Assembly: GCA_036848695.1 (NCBI GenBank)
Contig: DAIUJM010000001.1
Location: 1,354-53,670, forward strand
Length of the DNA: 52,317 nt
From: Candidatus Saccharimonadota bacterium
GTDB taxonomy: Bacteria; Patescibacteriota; Saccharimonadia; Saccharimonadales; UBA7683
Direction of reading: 5' to 3'
The notes under the pieces are model-generated. The model saw nothing but the letters and a program-made list of their open reading frames with translations, did no database searches and was not told where the DNA came from. Positions 1 to 7,125 of the stretch are shown here, one piece after another (the stretch's first letter is position 1; every line of letters begins with the position of its first letter). The position numbers were made by a program, and so were the translations under genes.

Positions 1-42
1 TAAAACAAAAAGTAAAATAGACAACGTATGTAGCGTAGTATG

Positions 43-72
43 TTGACCACGCTACACCATAAGCAGTATAGT
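43..72 (+). promoter_or_regulatory. Candidate sigma70-type promoter for the nrdH-like gene (-35 TTGACC 43-48, 18-nt spacer, -10 TATAGT 67-72)
   Basis: Hexamers read directly. The -35 lies in the loop of a 7-bp hairpin (30-36/49-55). A GAGGAG SD at 118-123 precedes the ATG at 131. Confidence 0.4.
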
Positions 73-130
73 TGAACGTAGAGATCAAAGATCTAAATAA
101 AAATAAAACTCAATTACGAGGAGAATCACG

Positions 131-382
131 ATGGCTAAGAAAGTTACTATTTACACTTCTAACACTTGCGGTCAATGTAAGATGGTTAAGAAGATTTTGG
201 TCATGAAAGGCCACAGCTACGACGAAGTTAATATTGATGAAACACCTGATCGCCATCAAGAAATCCTACAGTTAAGTGGCCAGCAACGCGTTCCTGTAAC
301 ATTAATTCAAGATGACACAACTGGTGCTCAGAGTGTTATTACCGGTTACAATCCCGGTCAACTGATGCCCGCACTAGCTTAA
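131..382 (+). CDS. nrdH: NrdH/glutaredoxin-like small redoxin
   Basis: 83 aa with a thioredoxin-fold pattern: VTIYTSNTCGQCKMVKKIL ... VPVTLI. The CxxC is CGQC. Good SD. It lies upstream of trxB. Confidence 0.7.
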   Translation: MAKKVTIYTSNTCGQCKMVKKILVMKGHSYDEVNIDETPDRHQEILQLSGQQRVPVTLIQDDTTGAQSVITGYNPGQLMPALA

Positions 383-442
383 GTACCAAATAACAAATTC
401 AAAACAACAAATAAATTTCAAATTCCAAATAGGTTTTCTGTA

Positions 443-483
443 AATACTAAATACTAAACTGCCTAAATACTAAACAAATTCGA
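443..483. repeat. Left arm of the long inverted repeat flanking four-helix-bundle ORF 1
   Basis: aatactaaatactaaactgcctaaatactaaacaaattcga is the imperfect reverse complement of 847-894. It contains TAAATAC heptamer units. Confidence 0.8.
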
Positions 484-828
484 ATGACCGAAATTAGAAA
501 TACCAAACAGAGACAGTACGATCTTGAGACAAGAGTTTTGGAGTTTGCGAAAGCTTGCCGGAAGTATGTAAAAACGTTAAAACCATCGATTATTAGTATA
601 GAGGATGGCAAACAAATGGTTCGGTCTTCTGGATCGGTGGGAGCTAACTATCTAGAAGCCAACGAAGCCATTAGCAAGAAAGACTTTCTACATAGGCTGA
701 GAATAGCTAAAAAAGAAGCCCGAGAGACGATATACTGGCTTAAGCTACTTGAGGCTCCCGAACCATTGATTAAGGAGGCGTCGGAGTTAATGCATATTCT
801 GGGGGCTATTCTGGAAAAAAGTAAATGA
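484..828 (+). CDS. Four-helix-bundle protein (23S rRNA intervening-sequence protein family, TIGR02436/PF05635-like), copy 1
   Basis: 114 aa with the family-typical GANYLEANEA...DFLHRLRIAKKEARETIYWLKLL. Small and all-helical. Confidence 0.8.
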   Translation: MTEIRNTKQRQYDLETRVLEFAKACRKYVKTLKPSIISIEDGKQMVRSSGSVGANYLEANEAISKKDFLHRLRIAKKEARETIYWLKLLEAPEPLIKEASELMHILGAILEKSK

Positions 829-846
829 GCGTTAGCGTTTCGTCCC

Positions 847-894
847 TCGAATTTAATGTTTGTTTAGTATTTGGGCAGTTTATAGTTTAGTATT
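847..894. repeat. Right arm of the inverted repeat flanking four-helix-bundle ORF 1
   Basis: tcgaatttaatgtttgtttagtatttgggcagtttatagtttagtatt. The 14-bp perfect core 859-872 pairs with 465-478, and 874-881 pairs with 456-463. Confidence 0.8.
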
Positions 895-913
895 GATTGT
901 AGAACGGAGACGT

Positions 914-1894
914 ATGACATCACAGAAATCAGACAATGCAGTTAAAACTAATACGGTAATGACCGACGTTATTATGATTGGTGCTGGGCCATCCGCACTT
1001 GCGGCAGCTGTTTACACTACGCGTGAGGATATCAAGACGATCTTGCTTGAAAAAGGCGTTGTTGGTGGGCTTGCGGCAATTACTGATCAAGTAGATAATT
1101 ACCCTGGTTTTCCTGAAGGTGTAACCGGGTTAGATCTTGCTGAGAAGCTTGAAAAGCAAGCCGAACGTTTTGGTGCAGATATCCGGTATGGTGAAGTGAC
1201 CAATATAACGTCTGACTCTAAAAACAGTACCGTGAGCGTACAGACGGTTGATGGCACCGAATACACTGCAAAAGCTGTGTTGATTGCCACAGGAAGTGAT
1301 TACAAAAAGATCGGTGTACCTGGCGAAGAAGAATTTTACGGCCGAGGCGTACACTACTGCGCCACATGCGACGGTGCTTTCTACCGTGAAAAGAAGTTGG
1401 TAGTTGTTGGTGGTGGTAATTCAGCTATTCAAGAAGCACTGTTTTTAACTCGTTTTACATCTCACATTAACCTGTTGGTACGTTCTAAGATTCGAGCTAG
1501 CGAAGTCTTGCAACATGAGCTCGAAAAAGCAGTTAAAGAAGGTAAAATTACGGTTCACTTAGAAACTACAACCGACGAAATTGTTGGTGTAGATGGTAAA
1601 GTAACCAAAGTAGTAGGCACTCACGAAGGCAAGAAGGTAGAAATTGAAACCAACGGAGTCTTTATTTTTGTTGGACTACTGCCCAATACTCAGTTTTTGG
1701 TAAATACAGAAGTGAAACTGGACGACACAGGTTTTATTAAAACCGACCAAGACCTCATGACTTCTATAACTGGCGTATTTGCCAGCGGTGATGTACGAAG
1801 CGGTGCAACCATGCAAATTGCCTCTGCAGTCGGCGAAGGCGCTACTGCAGCTCTCAAAATCCGCGAATATCTAGAAGACCCTTCTCGCAAATAA
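914..1894 (+). CDS. trxB: Thioredoxin-disulfide reductase
   Basis: GAGPSALAAAVY FAD motif, redox-active CATC in HYCATCDGAFY, and GGGNSA NADPH motif. The start is moved to ATG 914, which has a GGAGA SD at 906-910. The track start at 860 lies in the repeat arm. Confidence 0.92.
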   Translation: MTSQKSDNAVKTNTVMTDVIMIGAGPSALAAAVYTTREDIKTILLEKGVVGGLAAITDQVDNYPGFPEGVTGLDLAEKLEKQAERFGADIRYGEVTNITSDSKNSTVSVQTVDGTEYTAKAVLIATGSDYKKIGVPGEEEFYGRGVHYCATCDGAFYREKKLVVVGGGNSAIQEALFLTRFTSHINLLVRSKIRASEVLQHELEKAVKEGKITVHLETTTDEIVGVDGKVTKVVGTHEGKKVEIETNGVFIFVGLLPNTQFLVNTEVKLDDTGFIKTDQDLMTSITGVFASGDVRSGATMQIASAVGEGATAALKIREYLEDPSRK

Positions 1895-1908
1895 AGTACG
1901 ATATTTGA

Positions 1909-2325
1909 TCAGTTTGTAAGTTCACCAATTCGTAATTCTTTAAGTTGACGTTGGGCCGAAGAAGAGTGTGGCGTGCCACTGCCGACTTTTTCGCCACCAT
2001 TCATTCGTTGTTGAAAAAGTTTTGTGCCATCGGTGCCACAAGCCTTCAGTATTTGCGAACCGCCGGGGTGATTGTTGATGTACGAAGTGAGATCATAGAC
2101 ACTGCCGTCAATAATAGTCCAGCAATCGTCTTTGCTGTCGTGCTTCGCAACTGCTAGTGAGGTGAGCTGATTTTGGGTATTAGGATCAACCACCGCTGGC
2201 TGTGTCTTTGCAACGCCGCTTTTCGCGCTTTCGGGTGCGTTAACGGTTGCTGATAAGATGAATATGACTAGTGCAGTACTTAAGGTTCCAATAAGTAGTA
2301 GAACTAGAATTATTTTTTTGCTCAT
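1909..2325 (-). CDS. Membrane-anchored cytochrome b5-like heme-binding domain protein
   Basis: N-terminal hydrophobic anchor (KKIILVLLLIGTLSTALVIFILSA) followed by DDCWTIIDGSVYDLTSYINNHPGG, the b5 HPGG signature. Confidence 0.7.
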   Translation of the reverse strand: MSKKIILVLLLIGTLSTALVIFILSATVNAPESAKSGVAKTQPAVVDPNTQNQLTSLAVAKHDSKDDCWTIIDGSVYDLTSYINNHPGGSQILKACGTDGTKLFQQRMNGGEKVGSGTPHSSSAQRQLKELRIGELTN

Positions 2326-2331
2326 AGTGTA

Positions 2332-2340
2332 AGTATATCA
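2332..2340 (-). promoter_or_regulatory. Extended -10 (TGATATACT), 6 nt upstream of the cyt-b5-like ATG
   Basis: The reverse complement of 2332-2340 reads TGATATACT. The spacer tacact is followed by the ATG (2325). No SD. Confidence 0.45.
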
Positions 2341-2372
2341 AATGGAGAAGAGTCGATAGCGACTCGCGTATC

Positions 2373-2381
2373 TGGTACAAT
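2373..2381 (+). promoter_or_regulatory. Extended -10 (TGGTACAAT) for ppa
   Basis: Read directly. It is followed by a ~40-nt leader with a GAAGGAG SD at 2417-2423. Confidence 0.4.
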
Positions 2382-2428
2382 TTAAGAGTACTAAATTTTT
2401 TTGAACACTTTAAACAGAAGGAGTGAAG

Positions 2429-2959
2429 ATGGCAGATTTTAACGAAATTTTTGATGCGGGTAATGTTGACGGCGGTGTGATCAACGTAATTAATGAGATT
2501 CCAATGGGTTCAAATCTGAAGATTGAATGGAACCGAGAAAAGAAGATCTTTGAACTAGACCGTGTAGAGCCAGGTATTTTTGCCAAACCATGCAATTATG
2601 GCTTTATTCCGCAAACACTTGATGATGACGGCGATGAGCTTGACGTGCTTTTGATGGTAGATGGCGCTATTCCTACTGGCGTGAAAGTGAACGCCCGCGT
2701 TGTAGGCATTATGAATTTTGAAGATGACGGTGAAATGGATCACAAGGTTGTTTGTGTTGCTGAGGATGATAGACACTGGGGTGATGATATTAAAACCATT
2801 GATGATGTATCAGACACCTGGAAGAAGCAAGTGGAACATCACTTTAATCATTACAAAGACCTTAAAAAGCCAGGTAGTACTAAAGTACTCGGCTGGGGTG
2901 GTGTAGATGATGCTAAAGCAACCATCAAAGAATGCCAGTCTCGCTGGTCGGAGCAGTAG
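2429..2959 (+). CDS. ppa: Inorganic pyrophosphatase, family I
   Basis: NVINEIPMGSNLKIEWN, YGFIPQTLDDDGDELDVL and VVGIMNFEDDGEMDHKVV match the family I PPase pattern. ATG 2429 is preferred over GTG 2423 because of SD spacing. Confidence 0.9.
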   Translation: MADFNEIFDAGNVDGGVINVINEIPMGSNLKIEWNREKKIFELDRVEPGIFAKPCNYGFIPQTLDDDGDELDVLLMVDGAIPTGVKVNARVVGIMNFEDDGEMDHKVVCVAEDDRHWGDDIKTIDDVSDTWKKQVEHHFNHYKDLKKPGSTKVLGWGGVDDAKATIKECQSRWSEQ

Positions 2960-2992
2960 AGACGCTAGATTAATTAATAAGATGCGTAACTT

Positions 2993-3538
2993 ATGATTGA
3001 AAAAATATCTTATCAAGGTAGGATTGTGGAGGTTGTTGAATTTCCCTCTCATGATGGTGAAAAAACATTCGAAAAAGCACGTCGTGCACCCGGTACTCGT
3101 TTGATCATTCCTGTTGGCGAAGACTCTATTTTGCTGACAAAAGAATACCGACAAGAAGTTGATGGTTACGACTTCAGGCTACCCGGTGGCAAAGTATTCG
3201 ATAGCCTGGAAGAATATAATAGCTTCTTGCAATCCGACGAAGACATTATTGTTCCTGCAACTAAAAAAGCAAAAGAAGAAGCTAAGCAAGAAGTCGGACT
3301 TGAAGTAAAAGATCTTGAACATATCTATACGTCTGTACTTGGGGCGACGATGCAGTGGGATCTTCTGTATTTTGTTATAAAAGAATCGAAACGTGGTGAA
3401 CAGGAACTTGAACAAGGAGAAGACATTGAAGTAGTAGAAGTGCTACGCGATGATGCACTGAAGATGTGTCTAGATGGACGGATTAGTGAAGAGCGATCTG
3501 CGCTGGTACTTATGCGATATTTGACAGGAAATATCTAA
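2993..3538 (+). CDS. NUDIX-family hydrolase (atypical, interrupted Nudix box)
   Basis: LPGGKVFDSLEE...AKEEAKQEVGLEV resembles GX5EX7REUXEEXGU but has a ~14-aa insertion. The size is typical of ADP-ribose pyrophosphatase-like proteins. Confidence 0.55.
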   Translation: MIEKISYQGRIVEVVEFPSHDGEKTFEKARRAPGTRLIIPVGEDSILLTKEYRQEVDGYDFRLPGGKVFDSLEEYNSFLQSDEDIIVPATKKAKEEAKQEVGLEVKDLEHIYTSVLGATMQWDLLYFVIKESKRGEQELEQGEDIEVVEVLRDDALKMCLDGRISEERSALVLMRYLTGNI

Positions 3539-3581
3539 GGTATTATATAATTATAACATAATAACTATAAAATTGTCAATG

Positions 3582-3611
3582 TTGTCTCTGTTGGCATAAG
3601 CGGTATATACT
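3582..3611 (+). promoter_or_regulatory. Candidate promoter for gap (-35 TTGTCT, 18 nt, -10 TATACT 3606-3611)
   Basis: Hexamers read directly in the 138-nt AT-rich intergenic region. Confidence 0.35.
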
Positions 3612-3633
3612 GTTGCTAGATAATTCGATTAGA

Positions 3634-3652
3634 TCCTGATCCAAGATCAGGA
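3634..3652 (+). promoter_or_regulatory. Perfect 8-bp stem / 3-nt loop palindrome in the gap 5' leader (TCCTGATC caa GATCAGGA)
   Basis: Read directly. It lies between the candidate promoter and the AAGGAGG SD. Confidence 0.4.
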
Positions 3653-3676
3653 CGACAAGTGCTAAGGAGGGGTGGG

Positions 3677-4708
3677 ATGAGTAAAGTACGAGTAGCGATT
3701 AATGGTTTTGGCCGTATTGGGCGCAATGCTTTTAAAATTATGCATGCTAGAAACGACGTAGAGGTTGTGGCAGTTAACGACCTTTCAGATAATGTTACGT
3801 TAGCGCATTTATTAAAGTATGATTCAAACTATCCTGGACACGATTGGTATGAATCTATTACAGCTGATGATGAAGGCATTACAGTAGACGGAAAAAAGAT
3901 TCATGTTTTTGCCGAAAAAGACCCAGCGAAATTGCCGTGGGCTGCTCACGACGTTGACGTTGTAATTGAATCGACTGGTTTATTTGTTGATCCTGCGCTC
4001 GCTAAAGCCCATGTGGAAGGTGGGGGTGCAAAAAAAGTTTTGATTTCTGCACCGGCAAAAGGTGAGGGTGCTGAAACTATAGTACTTGGTGTAAACGACG
4101 ACAAAATTGCAGCAGTTGGCGATGTTGTAAGCAATGCTAGCTGTACAACAAACTGTATAACCCCAGTAGCCGCCGTCATTGAATCTGCCTTCGGCATAGA
4201 AAAGGCGTTGATGACTACTGTGCATAGCTACACGGCTAGTCAGAAGTTGCACGATGCACCAGCAAAAGATTTACGTGAAGCACGAGCTGCCGCTGAAAAC
4301 ATTGTTCCTACCAGTACGGGCGCATCTATTGCCGCCGCTAAAGCGCTACCAGCACTGGAAGGCATTTTTGGAGGACTTAGTATTCGTGTACCAACCCCAG
4401 TCGTTTCGCTTTCTGATTTCGCAATAGTTACCAAGCGCGACGTAACAATAGAAGAAGTCAACGATGTCTTCAAGAAGGCCGCCCTAGAGCCGTATTACCA
4501 GGGGATTCTTGGAGTGACCGAAGAAGAGCTTGTATCTTCTGACTTTATTGGCAATAGTCATTCAGCCATTGTTGATCTGAAGTTAACGAATGTGGTAGGT
4601 GGTAATTTACTTAAAGTAGTTGCATGGTACGACAACGAATGGGGTTACAGTAATCGATTAGTCGAGTTAGCCGTTGACCTGGGCAAAAACTTAAAACAAG
4701 AAGCGTAA
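3677..4708 (+). CDS. gap: Glyceraldehyde-3-phosphate dehydrogenase (type I)
   Basis: VAINGFGRIGR, catalytic SNASCTTNC and WYDNEWGYS. An AAGGAGG SD lies before ATG 3677. Confidence 0.95.
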   Translation: MSKVRVAINGFGRIGRNAFKIMHARNDVEVVAVNDLSDNVTLAHLLKYDSNYPGHDWYESITADDEGITVDGKKIHVFAEKDPAKLPWAAHDVDVVIESTGLFVDPALAKAHVEGGGAKKVLISAPAKGEGAETIVLGVNDDKIAAVGDVVSNASCTTNCITPVAAVIESAFGIEKALMTTVHSYTASQKLHDAPAKDLREARAAAENIVPTSTGASIAAAKALPALEGIFGGLSIRVPTPVVSLSDFAIVTKRDVTIEEVNDVFKKAALEPYYQGILGVTEEELVSSDFIGNSHSAIVDLKLTNVVGGNLLKVVAWYDNEWGYSNRLVELAVDLGKNLKQEA

Positions 4709-4713
4709 AAACC

Positions 4714-5106
4714 ATGACGCAAGAAGCAGGACGCAAGAATCAAGTATCAAGAATTAAGTCTTTTACTGATCTTGTTGCATGGCAAAAAGGGCACGATCTT
4801 GTGTTGTGGGTGTATAAACTAGTAAAGAACTTTCCGGCTTCCGAGCAGTATGCCCTAACCAATCAACTGACTCGCGCGGCAGTTTCTGTGACTTGTAACA
4901 TTGCCGAAGGGTTTTCTAGAAGTACAGCACCCGATAAAGCACACTTCTATACAATGTCTCAGGGCTCGATAACAGAGGTGCAAAATCTACTGCTCATCGC
5001 TCGCGATCTGTGCTATATCGATAAACTGCAATTTCAGGAAGTGGCAAATCTAAGCATTACGTGCCATAAGTTAACAACTGGTTTAATTAAGAAAACAAAG
5101 GAGTAA
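4714..5106 (+). CDS. Four-helix-bundle protein (23S rRNA IVS protein family), copy 2
   Basis: FTDLVAWQKGHDLVLWVYKLVKNFPASEQYALTNQLTRAAVSVTCNIAEGFSR is the canonical family pattern. Confidence 0.85.
   Translation: MTQEAGRKNQVSRIKSFTDLVAWQKGHDLVLWVYKLVKNFPASEQYALTNQLTRAAVSVTCNIAEGFSRSTAPDKAHFYTMSQGSITEVQNLLLIARDLCYIDKLQFQEVANLSITCHKLTTGLIKKTKE
4718..4759. repeat. Six degenerate tandem heptamers (cgcaaga agcagga cgcaaga atcaagt atcaaga attaagt) at the 5' end of four-helix-bundle ORF 2
   Basis: The 7-nt periodicity was read directly. Positions 4730-4742 are complementary to 5132-5144. Confidence 0.7.
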
Positions 5107-5108
5107 TT

Positions 5109-5174
5109 ATGTATACATACGTCATGCGTCATGATTCTTGCGTCTCATACCCACACTCTGGGGGTATAAAGTGA
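5109..5174 (+). CDS. Possible 21-codon leader ORF spanning the right repeat arm (MYTYVMRHDSCVSYPHSGGIK)
   Basis: AAGGAG (5098-5103) lies 5 nt before ATG 5109. Its TGA stop overlaps the rpiB GTG start (GTGA). There is no homology evidence. Confidence 0.2.
   Translation: MYTYVMRHDSCVSYPHSGGIK
5121..5148. repeat. Right arm (gtcatgc gtcatga ttcttgc gtctcat), inverted copy of the heptamer array
   Basis: tgattcttgcgtc (5132-5144) is the exact reverse complement of gacgcaagaatca (4730-4742). Confidence 0.7.
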
Positions 5175-5620
5175 AAATATTTTTAGGTAGTGATCATCAG
5201 GGTTTTCATTTAAAAGAGGCTATTTTTGCATGGCTTTCAAAAGAGGGATACGATGTTGAAGATGTTGGTGATAAAGCACCTGACCCTAATGACGACTATC
5301 CTCAATTCGCACAGATGGCTGCAATTAAAGTATTAGGTAGCGAAGCTGACGATACGCGGGCAATATTAATTTGTGGCGGTGGTCAGGGTATAGCTATGGC
5401 GGCTAATCGTTTTAAGGGTATTCGGGCGGCGGTTGTGTGGGATGAGTATGAGGCTAAAATGACTCGGCTAGATAACGAAAGCAACGTTTTAAGTCTGCCG
5501 GCACGTGTGCTTGACGGCGACATGAACAATGTTAAAAACATTGTTACTACTTGGTTGGACACAAAGTTCACAGGTGCAGCACGTCACGTAAGACGTAATC
5601 AAGAACTTGACGATTTCTAA
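5171..5620 (+). CDS. rpiB: Ribose-5-phosphate isomerase B
   Basis: KIFLGSDHQGF...ILICGGGQGIAMAANR...SNVLSLPAR is the RpiB/LacAB pattern. GTG 5171 is preceded by GGGGG. Confidence 0.88.
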   Translation: MKIFLGSDHQGFHLKEAIFAWLSKEGYDVEDVGDKAPDPNDDYPQFAQMAAIKVLGSEADDTRAILICGGGQGIAMAANRFKGIRAAVVWDEYEAKMTRLDNESNVLSLPARVLDGDMNNVKNIVTTWLDTKFTGAARHVRRNQELDDF

Positions 5621-5625
5621 GATTT

Positions 5626-7089
5626 TTATTTGGCGTGGAGTTGCGCGCTAATTTTTTGACGGGCTTTACTGGTTTTAACATATTTGAGCCAGTCTGTTTT
5701 TGGCGAACATGTCGACTTTGTTCTGACTTCAACAATATCTCCACTATGAAGTGTTTCGTTGAACCTGACTATGGCGCCATTAACTAAAAATGTTTGGGCA
5801 TGATCACCCAGGTCTGAATGAACGGCGTAGGCAAAATCAAGCGGATAAGAACCGTCTGGTAAATCATAAATATCACCCTTGGGAGAATAAACGAAGATTC
5901 TGTCGCCAAAAAGGTCAATCTTAAGTTCACCAATAGATGTTCCTTCCGAAATAAGTTGGGCTGTTTCTTGAAGTTCTTTGATCCAATTTAGGTGCTGGGG
6001 CATTGTGGTACTTCTGTTTCTTCGGAAGTAATTTTTCGTCAATTTCTGTTCATTGTAGTGAAAACTTGCCGCTAGCCCGCGTTCCGCGAAGTCATGCATT
6101 TGTTTTGTTCTAATTTGAAATTCAACCACCTGTTTGCCAGGTGTGTTGACGGTTGTATGTAAGCTTTGGTAACCGTTGGGCTTTGGTGTGGCAATGTAGT
6201 CTTTAATTTTTTGCACTATTGGTTGGTATAACTGATGCAGTGTGCCCATAACACGGTAGCAATCGGCAGTGTTGCCAACGATAATACGAATGGCCATAAG
6301 ATCGTGGATAGCATCTATATCTTCTTGGTACTTGGCAAGTTTTTTATGCAAGCTATAGATGCTTTTAATACGGCCATCAATTGAATGTTTTATTTTCTGC
6401 CGATTTAGTTCGTGAGCGATTTCGTTTTGGATTGTCTCAAATTGTGTATGAGCTTTTGAAAGGCGCTTCTTTGTAACTTTTCTTAAATAGAGGTAACGTT
6501 TCGGTTCCAGGTACGAAAAGGCCAATTCTTCAATTTCAACGCGTACGCGACCCATACCGAGTCGATCGGCTAGGCGGGCAAATATTTCGAGTGATTCACT
6601 GGCAATTTTATGTTGCTTTTCTGGAGTAAGATATTCAAGAGTTCGCAGGTTATGAAGCCGATCAGCAAGTTTAATCAGTAGCACACGGGCATCACGGCCA
6701 ATGGCAATTAGAAGTTTACTTAGGTTGTCACGGGTTTGCGGGAGGTAGCTTTCGATATCACGCATTCCTCTGCGAGCGGCAGAAACTTTAGTGACGCCGT
6801 CAACTAAAAAGGCTACAGATTTTCCAAACTTTGCTTCAATTTCAGGTAGTGTTGCATCAGTATCTTCAACAGTATCGTGCAAAATTGCGGCAATAACGGT
6901 GTCAATATCTACCTGCCAGTCAACTAAAATACCGGCAACTGCAAGAGGGTGCGTAATGTATTCCTCGCCAGAAGCTCGTTTTTGACCTAAATGTTTTTCA
7001 GTGGCGTAATCAATGGCCCGCGAAATAACAGCCCTTTGGAGTGGGTTGTATTTGAACCGTGCTTGTTGCATGAGTTGTTTTTTGTTCAT
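5626..7089 (-). CDS. rel: Bifunctional (p)ppGpp synthetase/hydrolase, short form (HD + synthetase + TGS only)
   Basis: HD motif (HPLAVAGIL...LHDTVEDT). Synthetase motifs RIKSIYSLHKKL, YQSLHTTV and EFQIRTKQMH. C-terminal TGS (IFVYSPKGDIYDLPDGSYPLDFAY). The start is moved to ATG 7089 (MNKKQL), which has an AAGGGG SD. Confidence 0.9.
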   Translation of the reverse strand: MNKKQLMQQARFKYNPLQRAVISRAIDYATEKHLGQKRASGEEYITHPLAVAGILVDWQVDIDTVIAAILHDTVEDTDATLPEIEAKFGKSVAFLVDGVTKVSAARRGMRDIESYLPQTRDNLSKLLIAIGRDARVLLIKLADRLHNLRTLEYLTPEKQHKIASESLEIFARLADRLGMGRVRVEIEELAFSYLEPKRYLYLRKVTKKRLSKAHTQFETIQNEIAHELNRQKIKHSIDGRIKSIYSLHKKLAKYQEDIDAIHDLMAIRIIVGNTADCYRVMGTLHQLYQPIVQKIKDYIATPKPNGYQSLHTTVNTPGKQVVEFQIRTKQMHDFAERGLAASFHYNEQKLTKNYFRRNRSTTMPQHLNWIKELQETAQLISEGTSIGELKIDLFGDRIFVYSPKGDIYDLPDGSYPLDFAYAVHSDLGDHAQTFLVNGAIVRFNETLHSGDIVEVRTKSTCSPKTDWLKYVKTSKARQKISAQLHAK

Positions 7090-7110
7090 TCCCCTTAGTA
7101 TAACGTGAAG

Positions 7111-7119
7111 TGATACAAT
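7111..7119 (+). promoter_or_regulatory. Extended -10 (TGATACAAT), 6 nt upstream of the rpe ATG
   Basis: Read directly. No SD. Confidence 0.45.
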
Positions 7120-7125
7120 CAGTGT

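Noticed and set aside
860-913. The ORF track extends trxB upstream by 18 codons (MFSIWAVYSLVLIVERRR).
   Set aside because: It starts at a TTG inside the right inverted-repeat arm, with no SD. ATG 914 has a GGAGA SD and gives a normal TrxB N-terminus.
484-5106. The four-helix-bundle proteins as Avd accessory subunits of a diversity-generating retroelement.
   Set aside because: Avd proteins belong to a similar four-helix-bundle class, and DGRs are common in CPR genomes. However, no reverse transcriptase ORF and no TR/VR repeat pair is visible near either copy in this window.
5138-5170. An upstream non-ATG (ttg-coded) start for rpiB in the ORF track.
   Set aside because: The conserved RpiB N-terminus (KIFLGSDHQG) begins at GTG 5171, which is preceded by GGGGG. 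The upstream part lies in the repeat arm.
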